A stretch of DNA of 64,000 bases from Campylobacterales bacterium (GCA_027065825.1 JAMONM010000058.1:38958-102957); one strand, 5' to 3'. Positions 9,160-19,933 are shown, counted from the stretch's first letter. The notes: a model not told the origin generated them from the letters alone. Program-made: numbers and translations.

Positions 9160-10418
9160 TGCTCAAAATAGGTATCGTAGGTGTTGGAACCGTTGGCGAA
9201 AGCGTGGTGAAAATATTGCAAAACAACGCCGATATTATAGAAGCGAGAGCGGGTAAGAGAATAATTCCTCTCAAAGGGGCCGTTAAGAATCTGAATAAAA
9301 AGAGGAGCGTGGATATTCCTCTTTGCGATGATCCTTTCGAAATTACTGATGATCCGGAGATAGATCTTGTAGTCGAGTTGATGGGCGGCGTCGATGAGGC
9401 GTACAGAGTCGTGGAGAGGGCTTTGCGGAACAAAAAGGCCGTTGTTACCGCTAACAAGGCTCTATTGGCCTACCACAGATACGAACTGCAAAAGCTGGCC
9501 GCGCAGATTCCTTTTGAGTTCGAAGCGAGCGTAGCAGGCGGCATACCGGTAATAAAGGCTCTCAGAGACGGGCTCAGCGCAAACCATATAGAAGCCATTG
9601 TCGGAATTTTAAACGGTACATGCAACTTTATACTGACAAAGATGGCCGCCGAAGGTGCCGATTTCGTCGATACTCTCAAAGAGGCGCAAAGACTGGGCTA
9701 CGCCGAAGCCGATCCCACTTTTGACGTTGAGGGGATCGATGCGGCCCATAAACTGCTGATATTGGCAAGTATCGCCTACGGAATAGACGCCAGACCGGAA
9801 GATATTCTAATAGAGGGAATCACCAAAATCAGCTCTTTGGATTTTTCGTTCGCAAAGGAGTTCGGTTACGCCATAAAGCTGCTGGCCGTAGCCAGAAAAA
9901 AGGGTGCGGAGGTGGAACTGAGGGTGCATCCGGCCTTGATAGAGCAAAACAGGATGATAGCGAAAGTTGACGGAGTTATGAACGGAGTTAGCGTAATAGG
10001 CGATTTTGTAGGCGAAACTATGTACTACGGCCCGGGTGCCGGCGGCGACGCCACCGCCAGTGCGGTAGTTTCCAATATTATCGATATAGCCAGGGGCGGC
10101 AAATGCTCTCCGATGTTGGGATTCAAAAGACCTCTCGAAAGCGGGGTGAAGCTGGCCAGGATCGACTCTATTACCAGCAAATACTATATCAGAGCGGCCG
10201 TAATAGACAAAAGCGGAGTTTTGGCTAAGATAGCCCAGCTATTCGGAGAGCACTCCATATCCATAGAGTCTATGCTGCAAAAGCCGCGCAGCAGCGAGAG
10301 CGCGAATCTGCTCTTTTCTACGCACGAATGCAAAGAGAGGGATATCAGAGAGGCTTTGAGAGAGCTTCAGAAAATGGATTTTGTTCTTCAGGAGCCCTTT
10401 ATGATGAGGATCATGTAA
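9156..10418 (+). CDS. hom: Homoserine dehydrogenase with C-terminal ACT domain
   Basis: [41 protein letters not shown]; ACT domain DKSGVLAKI. Confidence 0.97.
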   Translation: MMLKIGIVGVGTVGESVVKILQNNADIIEARAGKRIIPLKGAVKNLNKKRSVDIPLCDDPFEITDDPEIDLVVELMGGVDEAYRVVERALRNKKAVVTANKALLAYHRYELQKLAAQIPFEFEASVAGGIPVIKALRDGLSANHIEAIVGILNGTCNFILTKMAAEGADFVDTLKEAQRLGYAEADPTFDVEGIDAAHKLLILASIAYGIDARPEDILIEGITKISSLDFSFAKEFGYAIKLLAVARKKGAEVELRVHPALIEQNRMIAKVDGVMNGVSVIGDFVGETMYYGPGAGGDATASAVVSNIIDIARGGKCSPMLGFKRPLESGVKLARIDSITSKYYIRAAVIDKSGVLAKIAQLFGEHSISIESMLQKPRSSESANLLFSTHECKERDIREALRELQKMDFVLQEPFMMRIM

Positions 10419-10520
10419 ACTTAAAATAGGATAATCAAAACGGTGTAGATAGTTTTTGCATCCTCGTCAAAGCAAAAAAGGGTACAATTTTCTCTATTCA
10501 TAAAACTATATGGAGCGTTC

Positions 10521-12563
10521 GTGAAAAGAGTCGATACCGTTTGCACCTATTGCGGTGTTGGTTGTGATATCAGTGCGATTGTGGAAGAGGGCCGTATAGT
10601 CAAAGTGTACGCTCAAAAAGAGGGCGTCGTAAGCAGAGGAAATCTATGCGTAAAAGGGCGCTACGGTCACGACTATCTCTATCATCCGGATCGCCTCGAT
10701 AGAGCCCTTATTAAAAAAAGTTTCGCAAAAAAAGATCCGATTTGCGATCGATTCAGAGACAGAATGTCAGATTACGACGATAGTTTTTATTCGATCGATT
10801 ACGAGGCCGCTTATGAAATTGTGGCGCTGAAACTCTCTCGGTTGAAAAATCCGGAGAGTTTCGCCGCTATCGGCGGAGCCAGAACCAGTTGCGAGAGCAG
10901 CTACTTTTTTCAAAAGTTCGCGAGGGAGGTGATCGGCTCCCCCCACGTGGACAACTGCGCCAGAGTCTGCCACTCTCCCAGCCTTAGAGGAATGAGAGCC
11001 ACCATAGGAGAAGGAGCGGCTACCAATCCTTTTGACGATATATACCTAACCGACAATATCGTGATTATAGGATCAAATACCACTGAGGCCCATCCGATTG
11101 TTGCCAACCGCGTAATTGAGAGAGTCAGAAAAGGTGCCTCTTTGCATGTTGTAGACGTAAGAAAGATCCCCATAGGAAAGTTCGCCGATCAGGAGCTGAC
11201 TATCCCTTACGAATCCAATTTGATGATACTTAATATGATCGCCAGGATCATAGTGGAAAAGGGATGGTACGACGAGAAGTTTATAGCCGAGAGAACAAAG
11301 GGGTTCGACGAATACAAAAAACTATTGATGAGCGATCCCTATTCCGATCCTGAGCTGTTGGAGAAAATGGCTGGGTATGAGGATCTTAGCGAGAAGATAG
11401 AAAAACTGGCCGAAGATCTCGCGTTTAAAAAGAGTATGATTTTGTGGGGACTCGGCGTGACGGAGCATGTCGACGGCAGCTACGCAGTAATGGCCATTAC
11501 GCATCTGGCTCTGTTAACCGCAAACGTTGGTTTACCCGGTGCCGGGTTGATGCCTCTAAGGGGCCAGAACAACGTTCAGGGTACTTGCGATATGGGAATG
11601 CTGCCTTACTATCTGCCCGATTACAGGAAACCTGAAAAAGATGGCCTTATGACCCCGGACATAATCGATGCCATACTTAGGGGCGAGATAAAGGCAATAT
11701 TCAATATGGGCGAGGATATAGCCCATATTCACCCAAATCAGAACAAAATACACAAAGCCCTGGAAAAACTCGATTTTCTGGTGGTAAACGAGATTTTCCC
11801 GAATCAGATAACCCGTTACGCCGATGTTGTTTTCGGCGTAAAGAGCGCTTATGAAAAGGTAGGCGTATACGTAAACGCCGAGCGGAGACTCCATCTGAGC
11901 GCTCCGCTGGTAGAATCGGATCTGCCTGACGATTGGGAGGTGCTTCACGAAATATCCAAAAGACTCGGAAAAGATTTCGGTTATTCATCCAGCGAAGATA
12001 TATGGAACGAGGTTAGAAAAGAGGCTCCGGAGAGATTCTCCGGAGCCAGTTACGAAAAACTTAAAAAAGATCCTCTAAGAGGCCTGCAGTGGCCGGTTAA
12101 AGATTCCGATACCCCCATATTGCACACTCAAACTTTCAGAACGGCCGACGGATACGGACATTTTAAATATCGATCCTACTCCCCTAGAGAGATGGTAAAG
12201 GCTCTGCTGGATTGTAAAGAGTATAGGTTCTATCTTACTACGGGTAGAATAATGGCCCATTACAACAACGCCGCTCAGACTGCCGCATGTGAACGTCTGG
12301 CTAAAAGGTATCCCGAAGATATCCTATTGGTTAGCGAAGAGGATAGAGAGTTTTTTAAAGGCGCGCAACGGGTGGTTTTAGTATCCAGATACGGCAAAAG
12401 CGCCCCTTTAAAGATAAAATTCAGCGATACGATAAAGAGGGGGACTCTCTATACCACCTTTCATCACGCCGCCAGCAAGATCAACTATCTTTTCGGCGAC
12501 GAGGCCGACGAGTTCGTTAAGACCGCCAGATTCAAGTCGGTAAAGGTGGATATTGAGTTCTAA
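10521..12563 (+). CDS. Cytoplasmic Mo/W-bisPGD oxidoreductase, FdhF-like formate dehydrogenase alpha subunit (Cys type)
   Basis: [4Fe-4S] motif CTYCGVGC...C; active-site CARVCH (TGC codon); LRGQNNVQG arginine; TTGR...H C-terminal domain; no Tat signal. Confidence 0.85.
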   Translation: MKRVDTVCTYCGVGCDISAIVEEGRIVKVYAQKEGVVSRGNLCVKGRYGHDYLYHPDRLDRALIKKSFAKKDPICDRFRDRMSDYDDSFYSIDYEAAYEIVALKLSRLKNPESFAAIGGARTSCESSYFFQKFAREVIGSPHVDNCARVCHSPSLRGMRATIGEGAATNPFDDIYLTDNIVIIGSNTTEAHPIVANRVIERVRKGASLHVVDVRKIPIGKFADQELTIPYESNLMILNMIARIIVEKGWYDEKFIAERTKGFDEYKKLLMSDPYSDPELLEKMAGYEDLSEKIEKLAEDLAFKKSMILWGLGVTEHVDGSYAVMAITHLALLTANVGLPGAGLMPLRGQNNVQGTCDMGMLPYYLPDYRKPEKDGLMTPDIIDAILRGEIKAIFNMGEDIAHIHPNQNKIHKALEKLDFLVVNEIFPNQITRYADVVFGVKSAYEKVGVYVNAERRLHLSAPLVESDLPDDWEVLHEISKRLGKDFGYSSSEDIWNEVRKEAPERFSGASYEKLKKDPLRGLQWPVKDSDTPILHTQTFRTADGYGHFKYRSYSPREMVKALLDCKEYRFYLTTGRIMAHYNNAAQTAACERLAKRYPEDILLVSEEDREFFKGAQRVVLVSRYGKSAPLKIKFSDTIKRGTLYTTFHHAASKINYLFGDEADEFVKTARFKSVKVDIEF

Positions 12564-12879
12564 AGTCGGATACGAAGCTGAATTAAAAGCCGCAAACTAT
12601 CTGAAAAAGAGCGGCTACGAGATTCTAAAGCGAAATTTTAGATCCAAATTCGGAGAGATCGACATAATCGCCAAAAAGAGCGGAGTTATCCACTTTGTCG
12701 AGGTCAAAAGCTCGATAAAGTATGATCCGATTTACGCCATCACGCCGGCGAAGCTAAAAAAGATTCTGGCTTGTGTGGACTATTACCTTTTGCTAAACGA
12801 GGTTTACGGCCCTTTCCAGATTGACGCCATACTGGTCAAAGGGAATGAGATAGAACATATAGAAAATATAACCTACTGA
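12553..12879 (+). CDS. yraN: YraN family protein (UPF0102)
   Basis: GYEAE, RNFRSKFGEIDIIA, FVEVK, FQIDAI motifs. Confidence 0.92.
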   Translation: MSSKVGYEAELKAANYLKKSGYEILKRNFRSKFGEIDIIAKKSGVIHFVEVKSSIKYDPIYAITPAKLKKILACVDYYLLLNEVYGPFQIDAILVKGNEIEHIENITY

Positions 12880-12997
12880 AAAAAAGAGAAAAATCGTTCA
12901 GTTTTTTACATAATCGTATTTAAAGATTAAAATGTGTATAATAATCTTCGTTTGCAACAGAGTGTAAACATGCAATCGAATTTACAAAGGAGACGTT

Positions 12998-13318
12998 ATG
13001 GGAAAATATATTGAATTGAACTCTTCCAATTTTGATGAAACAGTCAAGGAAGGTGTGGTTTTGGTGGATTTCTGGGCACCTTGGTGCGGACCGTGTAGAA
13101 TGATAGCCCCTATCATTGACGAGCTGGCTCAAGAATACGAGGGCAAAGCGAAAATATGCAAGGTAAATACGGACGAAGAGCAGGATATCGCTATAAAATA
13201 CGGAATTAGATCGATACCGACCATACTCTTTTTCAAAAACGGAGAGCTTGTGGATCAGATGGTAGGTGCGGCTTCCAAAGAGGTGTTCAAACAGAAACTG
13301 GACGCTCTGCTGGGCTAA
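12998..13318 (+). CDS. trxA: Thioredoxin
   Basis: WCGPC active site; AAGGAG RBS. Confidence 0.98.
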   Translation: MGKYIELNSSNFDETVKEGVVLVDFWAPWCGPCRMIAPIIDELAQEYEGKAKICKVNTDEEQDIAIKYGIRSIPTILFFKNGELVDQMVGAASKEVFKQKLDALLG

Positions 13319-13428
13319 TCTGTGCGGTCTTGCCGCACGCCCGCTATTTCTCTCTATGATTTATCCCTTTTAAAGCCTCTTTTTAATAATATTCAATCAT
13401 AATCAAAACTGACTCGAAAGGATCTCTC

Positions 13429-14367
13429 ATGCTCGACCTTGCCATTATAGGAGGAGGACCTGCGGGGCTGACGGCCGGTCTGTACGCTACGAGGGGCGGA
13501 TTAAAAAGCGTCGTTATGTACGAAAAGGGCATGCCGGGAGGACAGATAACGCAGTCGAGCGAGGTAGAGAACTACCCGGGCGTATGCGAAGTGGTCACGG
13601 GAATGGAGCTGATGGAGTGTTGGCCCAAGCAGTGTATGAGATTCGGACTGAAACACGAGATGAAAGAGGTTTTGCGAATATCCAAAAAGAACTCCGTTTT
13701 TACGGTGCATCTGCAAAACGAAACCGTCGAGGCCAAATCTGTTATCGTGGCCACAGGCTCAACTCCAAAACGTGCCGGTTTCGAGGGAGAAGAGGAGTTT
13801 TTGGGAAAAGGGGTCAGTACCTGCGCCACGTGCGACGGCTTTTTTTATAAAGACAAAGAAGTGGCGGTTCTTGGAGGGGGTGATACGGCACTCGAAGAGG
13901 CGATCTTTTTATCAAAAATAGCTTCGAAAGTATATCTGATCCACAGACGCGAAAGCTTTAGAGCCGCTCCGGCTACAGTAGAGAGAGCTATAAAAAACGA
14001 AAAGATCGAATTTATCCTAAACGCCACGGTCAAAAAAGCCTACGGCAACGCTATGGGGCTTGAGGGGATAATTCTATCCAAAAATGGAGAGGAGATAGAT
14101 CTGAAAGTTCCCGGCATTTTCGTATTTGTCGGTATGAGGGTCAACAACGAGGTGTTGAAACAGGAGGACGGATCGTATCTTTGTTCCCTCACGGAATGGG
14201 GGGAGGTGAAGGTAGATTTGAGAATGAGAACAGACGTACCGGGACTGTTCGCGGCCGGCGATATCAGGCAGGAGGCCCCGAAACAGGTTGTTTGTGCGGC
14301 CGCTGACGGCGCGACGGCCGCTATCGAGGCGATTTCTTACGTAGAGAAGATAGGGGAGGTTGGATAA
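13429..14367 (+). CDS. trxB: Thioredoxin-disulfide reductase
   Basis: GGGPAG, CATCDG, GGGDTA, FAAGD motifs. Confidence 0.98.
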   Translation: MLDLAIIGGGPAGLTAGLYATRGGLKSVVMYEKGMPGGQITQSSEVENYPGVCEVVTGMELMECWPKQCMRFGLKHEMKEVLRISKKNSVFTVHLQNETVEAKSVIVATGSTPKRAGFEGEEEFLGKGVSTCATCDGFFYKDKEVAVLGGGDTALEEAIFLSKIASKVYLIHRRESFRAAPATVERAIKNEKIEFILNATVKKAYGNAMGLEGIILSKNGEEIDLKVPGIFVFVGMRVNNEVLKQEDGSYLCSLTEWGEVKVDLRMRTDVPGLFAAGDIRQEAPKQVVCAAADGATAAIEAISYVEKIGEVG

Positions 14368-15131
14368 TGTTGAATATAGGCGTTTTCGGAGGAAGCGGTC
14401 GCGTTGGCAGGCTACTGATAGAGAACCTGAAAAACGACAAAGAGGCGAGACTGCGCGCGGTTCACGTTCAAAAGGGAATAGATATCGATCTAAAAGATGT
14501 CGTGGTTACCAACGATCTGAAAGTTCTGCTAAAAGAGAGCGACGTCGTTATAGATTTTACTCTACCCGAGGGGACCGAGGAGCTTTTGAAGGAGGCGTTA
14601 AAGACACCTACTCCGATCGTCAGCGGTACGACCGGACTGAGCGAGCATCAGTTGAATCTTATGAGAGAGGCCTCAAAACATATGCCTATCCTTTACGCGA
14701 CCAATATGTCTTTGGGAATAGCTCTGCTTAATAGACTTGTGGAGCTGGCTTCTAAAAAACTGAGAGAGTTCGATATAGAGATTACAGAAATGCACCATCG
14801 CTATAAAAAAGACGCTCCCAGCGGTACGGCTCTGACTTTGGCTGAATTTGCAGCCAGGGCCAGAGGTCTGGATCTGCAAAAGGTGAGAGTCAGCGGCAGA
14901 AACGGAAATATAGGAGAAAGAAGCAAGGAGGAGATAGGAGTTTTCGCGTTGAGGGGAGGAGATATAGTCGGCAGACACACCGTTGGATTCTATAACGAAG
15001 GGGAGTTTTTGGAGCTAACCCATACGGCCACGAGTAGGGATACTTTTGCAAAAGGGGCTATAAAGGCGGCGAAATGGATCGTTTCGCAAGATAGCGGTTT
15101 TTATTCTATTTACGACTGTTTAGGATTATAA
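14367..15131 (+). CDS. dapB: 4-hydroxy-tetrahydrodipicolinate reductase
   Basis: [34 protein letters not shown] motifs. Confidence 0.97.
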   Translation: MLNIGVFGGSGRVGRLLIENLKNDKEARLRAVHVQKGIDIDLKDVVVTNDLKVLLKESDVVIDFTLPEGTEELLKEALKTPTPIVSGTTGLSEHQLNLMREASKHMPILYATNMSLGIALLNRLVELASKKLREFDIEITEMHHRYKKDAPSGTALTLAEFAARARGLDLQKVRVSGRNGNIGERSKEEIGVFALRGGDIVGRHTVGFYNEGEFLELTHTATSRDTFAKGAIKAAKWIVSQDSGFYSIYDCLGL

Positions 15132-15146
15132 CGGAAAGGATAGAAG

Positions 15147-16508
15147 TTGTATTCTCTGAACGAAAAGTGTTCCGTCGTCGGAATTTTCGGCGTGCCAGAC
15201 GCGGCTAAATACGCCTATTTTGCCCTTTTTTCCATGCAGCACAGAGGGCAGGAGGCCGCCGGTATCGCCAGCAGCGATTATCATAGAATTTTCTTGACCA
15301 AAGGACGTGGGCTCGTTACCCAGGTTTTTGACGAGAGAAAACTCTCTAAGCTGGTTGGGATGAGCGCGGTGGGACATACCAGGTACTCCACGGCGGGAGA
15401 AGAGTCCATTTTGGACGCCCAGCCCATATTCGCTCGTTACGATTTGGGACAGATAGCGGTAGTTCACAACGGTAATCTTACCAACTCGAAAGAGGTTAGA
15501 AAGAGGCTGATCAGAGAAGGGGCCATATTTCAGACCTTTATGGATACCGAAAACCTGATCCATCTGATCGCGAAAAGCGACAAAGAGCATCTGTATGACA
15601 GGATAATTGATTCGGTTAAACAGATTGAAGGCGCCTACTCCATGATTTTTCTCAGCCGTAAAAAGATGTTCGCCATCAGAGATCCCCACGGCTTTAGGCC
15701 GCTCTCAATGGCAAGACTCGGCGATGGATACGTGGTTGCCAGCGAAACATGCGCTTTTGATCTGATAGGTGCCGAATATATTAGAGATATAAAACCCGGT
15801 GAAATGGTCGTATTTGAAAAGGACAAAGAGCCCCGAACTATTCAGGTGTTCGAACCCACTCCGCATAAGTGCATATTCGAATATATATATTTCGCCAGAC
15901 CCGATAGCAATATTTTCGGCAAAAGCGTATACAAAGCCAGAAAAGAGATGGGTAGGGAGCTGGCCAGAGAGTTTCCGGTGGACGCCGATATGGTTGTACC
16001 CGTACCGGACAGCGGAGTGGCGGCGGCTATAGGTTATAGCGAAGAGAGCGGTATACCTTTTGAGCTGGGCATAATCAGAAACCATTACGTAGGCAGAACT
16101 TTTATAGAACCGACTCAGGAGATTAGAGATCTAAAGGTTAAAATGAAATTAAATCCCATAAGGGAACTGATTAAAGGAAAAAGACTCGTAGTTATAGACG
16201 ATAGTATCGTCAGAGGAACTACCAGCAGAAAAATCGTGAACATTCTAAAAGAGGCCGGAGCGAAAGAGGTTCATATGAGAATCAGCTCTCCGCCTACGAC
16301 TGGACCCTGTTTTTACGGAGTCGACACTCCCAGCAAAGAGGAGCTTATCGCTTCGAAAATGGATACGGATAGCATCAAAGAGTATATAGGGGCCGACTCT
16401 TTGGCCTATTTGAGCATAGAGGGTCTGCTCAGAAGCGTAGGAAACGATCTGAGCTACTGTATGGGATGTTTTGACGGGAACTACCCCGTTCCCAACAAGA
16501 ACGACTAG
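15147..16508 (+). CDS. purF: Amidophosphoribosyltransferase
   Basis: Short propeptide followed by Cys; QHRGQE, GHTRYST, HNGNL, VIDDSIVRGTT, CFYGVD. Confidence 0.97.
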   Translation: MYSLNEKCSVVGIFGVPDAAKYAYFALFSMQHRGQEAAGIASSDYHRIFLTKGRGLVTQVFDERKLSKLVGMSAVGHTRYSTAGEESILDAQPIFARYDLGQIAVVHNGNLTNSKEVRKRLIREGAIFQTFMDTENLIHLIAKSDKEHLYDRIIDSVKQIEGAYSMIFLSRKKMFAIRDPHGFRPLSMARLGDGYVVASETCAFDLIGAEYIRDIKPGEMVVFEKDKEPRTIQVFEPTPHKCIFEYIYFARPDSNIFGKSVYKARKEMGRELAREFPVDADMVVPVPDSGVAAAIGYSEESGIPFELGIIRNHYVGRTFIEPTQEIRDLKVKMKLNPIRELIKGKRLVVIDDSIVRGTTSRKIVNILKEAGAKEVHMRISSPPTTGPCFYGVDTPSKEELIASKMDTDSIKEYIGADSLAYLSIEGLLRSVGNDLSYCMGCFDGNYPVPNKND

Positions 16509-16517
16509 GAAGACTAT

Positions 16518-16546
16518 TTGACAAAAAGGTATGAAAATGGTATTTT
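16518..16546 (+). promoter_or_regulatory. Sigma70-type promoter of the TIGR01212 gene
   Basis: TTGACA (16518-16523), 17-nt spacer, TGgTATTTT. Supports a start codon at 16569 rather than 16518. Confidence 0.6.
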
Positions 16547-16568
16547 CCCTTCCAGCAAGGAGGGGAGT

Positions 16569-17522
16569 TTGAAGATCATAAATACCTTCGGAAGATATTA
16601 TAAAAGAGTATTAAAAAAGAGGGTCAAAAAGATTCCTTTGGGAATCTCCGGATTCACCTGCCCCAATATAGACGGACGCGTGGCCAAGGGTGGATGCACT
16701 TTTTGCGAAAACGAATCGTTCAGTCCCAATCTATCTAAAAACAGCAAAAAATTTTTTTTAAACCCGGAGAGCTCGGAAAATCCTATATTAAACAGACAGC
16801 TTGGAGAAATAGCGTTTCAGTATAACTCCACGGCCGAGAGATATAGGAGACTGGGTTATGAGAAGTTTCTGGCATATTTTCAGGCCTTTACCAATACGTA
16901 CGCGCCGCTGGATACTCTGCGTAAGCTCTATACCAAAGCCCTAGGAGAGCAAGACTGTATAGGTCTTAGTATCGGAACCAGAAGCGACTGCGTGAACGAG
17001 GAGATACTTGACTATTTGGTCTCCTTGCAGTCGGAAGGTAACGAAATCTGGATCGAGTACGGAATTCAGTCGATATTCGACTCGACTCTTGAGGCCATCA
17101 ACAGAGGACACGACAGCGCCAGCGTGGAGAAATGGATTAAAAAAAGCAAAGAGAGGGGGCTTAGAGTGTGCGGCCACATAATCTTCGGATTGCCTGGCGA
17201 GACTCCCGATATGATGCTGCAAACCGTCGAAAAGTCGATAGAGTGGGGTATAGACTCGATAAAAATCCATCCGCTCTACGTCGTCAAGAATACCGCATTG
17301 GCCGTAGATTACCACAAGGGGAAATTTAAACCTATAGATGAGGAACTATACATTCAGCTGATAGTCGAAGCTATGAAAATTCTGCCCTCTCATCTGGTAG
17401 TTCAGCGACTGACCGCCGGGATCGGGGATTCTACGCTGTTGGCTCCGGCTTGGTGCGCCGATAAAAACAGTCAGTTGAAAAAAATAAGAGCCGCTTTGAG
17501 GGCAGAAAAAATTATCTATTGA
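16569..17522 (+). CDS. TIGR01212/YhcC-family radical SAM protein
   Basis: GFTCPNIDG...GGCTFC, YFQAFTNTY, GTRSDC, GIKIHPL-like motifs. TTG start at 16569 has an AAGGAGG RBS (the ORF track starts at 16518). Confidence 0.88.
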   Translation: MKIINTFGRYYKRVLKKRVKKIPLGISGFTCPNIDGRVAKGGCTFCENESFSPNLSKNSKKFFLNPESSENPILNRQLGEIAFQYNSTAERYRRLGYEKFLAYFQAFTNTYAPLDTLRKLYTKALGEQDCIGLSIGTRSDCVNEEILDYLVSLQSEGNEIWIEYGIQSIFDSTLEAINRGHDSASVEKWIKKSKERGLRVCGHIIFGLPGETPDMMLQTVEKSIEWGIDSIKIHPLYVVKNTALAVDYHKGKFKPIDEELYIQLIVEAMKILPSHLVVQRLTAGIGDSTLLAPAWCADKNSQLKKIRAALRAEKIIY

Positions 17523-18179
17523 CTATCTTGCGATTTTACCGAATTTGCACCCTCTTTTGGTCCGTTTTGCCTCCTTGATCAACGAGGCGATATCGCTTAG
17601 CGGCGTTATCTCTCCGGCCAGATTTACTCTAAGTTCGGTAATATATCCCTCTTTGCAGATGTATTTGACTCTGTCTCCCGCTCCTTTTGAAAACTCCTTG
17701 TCGAATATGGCCGAAATTTTGGCGGTAGAGACTCTTTTGCCCCTGTTTTCGTAGAAAAAATCCCGTACCTTTGAACCGTTCAGCTGAGAGACTAGATAGA
17801 TCGAATCGATAAAATATTCGTGGGGAGACTCGCTGTAGCACGTGCCGTGCTTTACCCATTCGTGTTTGTGCAAAGCGCTGAGATATCCCGGCATATATAT
17901 CGCTATCAGTTCGTTTAGATCCGCCGGAAGTTTTAGTTTTAGCCTGTTCCATAATCCTCTTTTGTCGAGAATTCTCTCTCTTTGGGCCACGTTGCAGTAT
18001 GTTTTATCCTTGGGCCAAAGGCCGTGTAGGGTAAAGTTTTTTCTCCAAAAAGGTACGCTTTTTTTGCATGCTCGATAGTTTTTTACTTTGCAGACCGAAG
18101 GAAACCATTGAACGGCCAGTACGTACTCTTGTGCGCTTAGCGTTACAGCAATCGCCAGTGCCAGCAGCAAAGCTCTCAC
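17523..18179 (-). CDS. Secreted ribonuclease T2 family protein
   Basis: Signal peptide MRALLLALAIAVTLSA|; CAS I FTLHGLWP; CAS II HEWVKHGTC. Confidence 0.93.
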   Translation of the reverse strand: MRALLLALAIAVTLSAQEYVLAVQWFPSVCKVKNYRACKKSVPFWRKNFTLHGLWPKDKTYCNVAQRERILDKRGLWNRLKLKLPADLNELIAIYMPGYLSALHKHEWVKHGTCYSESPHEYFIDSIYLVSQLNGSKVRDFFYENRGKRVSTAKISAIFDKEFSKGAGDRVKYICKEGYITELRVNLAGEITPLSDIASLIKEAKRTKRGCKFGKIAR

Positions 18180-18847
18180 TCTTTTCTACTCCTTTTTTCC
18201 TCAATACCGCTGATACCGGTTCTTCGTTCTAATTCTTTTTTGATCAGGGTCGGGGATACGTCGCGCAGGGCCAGAGCCACCAGAGTATGGTAGACCAGAT
18301 CGGCGCATTCGTAAACGATCTGCTCCTTGTCTTTGTCTTTTACGGCGAAACAGAACTCGGCGGCTTCCTCGGCAACCTTTTTTAAAATTGTGTTTTCCCC
18401 TTTTGCAAAGAGGGTGGCGGTCCAGGAGTTTTCGGGTTTTTCCCCTTTTCGTTCCAAAATAGTATGATATAGATGATCGACAATCTGTTCACCGTAGAGA
18501 TCTTTCGGGTCTTGGATCCGATCTGAGGTTATGGCGTTTTCGGTCAAGCTTTTAAAAAAGCAGCTCTTTCTGCCGGTATGGCATGCGGCTCCTTTTTGTT
18601 TAACCTGTAACAATATAGCGTCGCTATCGCAGTCTAAGTAAATTTCCACGATTTTTTGGGTATTTCCGCTGGTTTCGCCCTTTTTCCATAAGCTTTCGCG
18701 GCTACGGGAATAGTAGTGTGCGTAACCGGTTTCGAGGCTCTTTTGAAGAGCCTCGCGGTTCATATAGGCCAGCATCAGAACATCTTTCGTGTCGGCGTCT
18801 TGGACCACTACCGGAACGAGCGGGGTTTTTTCCCAATCAATCTGCAA
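18176..18847 (-). CDS. hisIE: Bifunctional phosphoribosyl-AMP cyclohydrolase / phosphoribosyl-ATP pyrophosphatase
   Basis: YYSRSR, WKKGETSG, DCDSD, ACHTGRKSCF, KKVAEEAAE, YECADL motifs. Confidence 0.97.
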   Translation of the reverse strand: MQIDWEKTPLVPVVVQDADTKDVLMLAYMNREALQKSLETGYAHYYSRSRESLWKKGETSGNTQKIVEIYLDCDSDAILLQVKQKGAACHTGRKSCFFKSLTENAITSDRIQDPKDLYGEQIVDHLYHTILERKGEKPENSWTATLFAKGENTILKKVAEEAAEFCFAVKDKDKEQIVYECADLVYHTLVALALRDVSPTLIKKELERRTGISGIEEKRSRKE

Positions 18848-18858
18848 AGGGCCTCCTT

Positions 18859-19917
18859 TTATCTGGAAATGGAAGAGCTCTGCTGTTTGTCTTTGGCGTC
18901 TATCCAGATGTTAGGCACCGCTCCTCCTGGAGTAAGGAAAATTTTTGCGTCCTTGTTCTGTTTGAGAGCCTCGTTGAATTTGCCCTGAACTTCGATCTGT
19001 CTCAGTTTCAACAGCTCTGGTGTTACGCTCTTGCCGATCTCCAGGTTGGCCTGAGCTTTGGCTTTTGCTTCGATCATGATTCTGTCCGCTTCACCCTGGG
19101 CCCTGATCTTTTTGGCTTCGGCCTCACCTCTGGCTAGCGCGGCTCTCTTTTCGGCTTCCTGGCGAGCTCTTTCCACTTCGTATTTGACTCTTTCTGCTTC
19201 CTGTTTCGCTATCTGTACTCTCTCTATCTGCTCTTTTATCTTTGGCGGTAAAGAGATCTCTCTTAGCTGTACGGCCACAAGTTCTACCGGTTTGTTGGGT
19301 AGCTGGCTGATCTTTTCTCTGATTTGAGACTCTATCAGTTTGGCTATTTCGTTCCTTTTGATGGGCAGCTCTTCCGCCTTGTAGCGTCCCACCACGTTTC
19401 TAACCACTTCTCTGACCACCGCGTTGATGATCTTCTCCTCCCAGGCGAGGCCCCACGTAGCTATGGTTTGAGGGGCGCCGTGGGGATTTAGTTTGTACTG
19501 GACCGTCAGATCGATCGAAACCGGAAGTCCTCTCGCATCCAGAACTTCGATGGCCGGTTTTTCGATAATTCCGGCATTTACGTTGCCGAACGCCGTATCT
19601 CGTTCGGCTTTGTAGTTTATTATTCTGACTTTCGTGTCCACTTTTATAATCTTTTGTATTCCTGGAATGTAAAAGTGGATTCCGGGTTCCAGCGGCAGTG
19701 GATCGTATTTACCCGCCGTCACTTTTATTCCCACTTCGCCCGAATTGATGATTTCGTACGGTTTCGCTATCACCAAAAGAACCACGATTACGATCAATAC
19801 GTATATGTAGGTGGCTTTTTTCCCGAAATCCTTCATAAATTCGGGTACGTTGCTGTCGTTGTCGTTATCCTCCTCGTCCCTTCTTTTTTTGAAATAGTCG
19901 TTCAAATCGGCTGGCAT
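18859..19917 (-). CDS. SPFH/prohibitin family membrane protein
   Basis: N-terminal TM, SPFH domain (DARGLPVSIDLTVQY), C-terminal coiled coil (AKQEAERVKYEVERA). Confidence 0.92.
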   Translation of the reverse strand: MPADLNDYFKKRRDEEDNDNDSNVPEFMKDFGKKATYIYVLIVIVVLLVIAKPYEIINSGEVGIKVTAGKYDPLPLEPGIHFYIPGIQKIIKVDTKVRIINYKAERDTAFGNVNAGIIEKPAIEVLDARGLPVSIDLTVQYKLNPHGAPQTIATWGLAWEEKIINAVVREVVRNVVGRYKAEELPIKRNEIAKLIESQIREKISQLPNKPVELVAVQLREISLPPKIKEQIERVQIAKQEAERVKYEVERARQEAEKRAALARGEAEAKKIRAQGEADRIMIEAKAKAQANLEIGKSVTPELLKLRQIEVQGKFNEALKQNKDAKIFLTPGGAVPNIWIDAKDKQQSSSISR

Positions 19918-19933
19918 CTATACACTCCTTTGC

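Noticed and set aside
10955-10975. Selenocysteine/SECIS in the formate dehydrogenase
   Set aside because: The active-site codon is TGC (Cys) and the ORF is uninterrupted.
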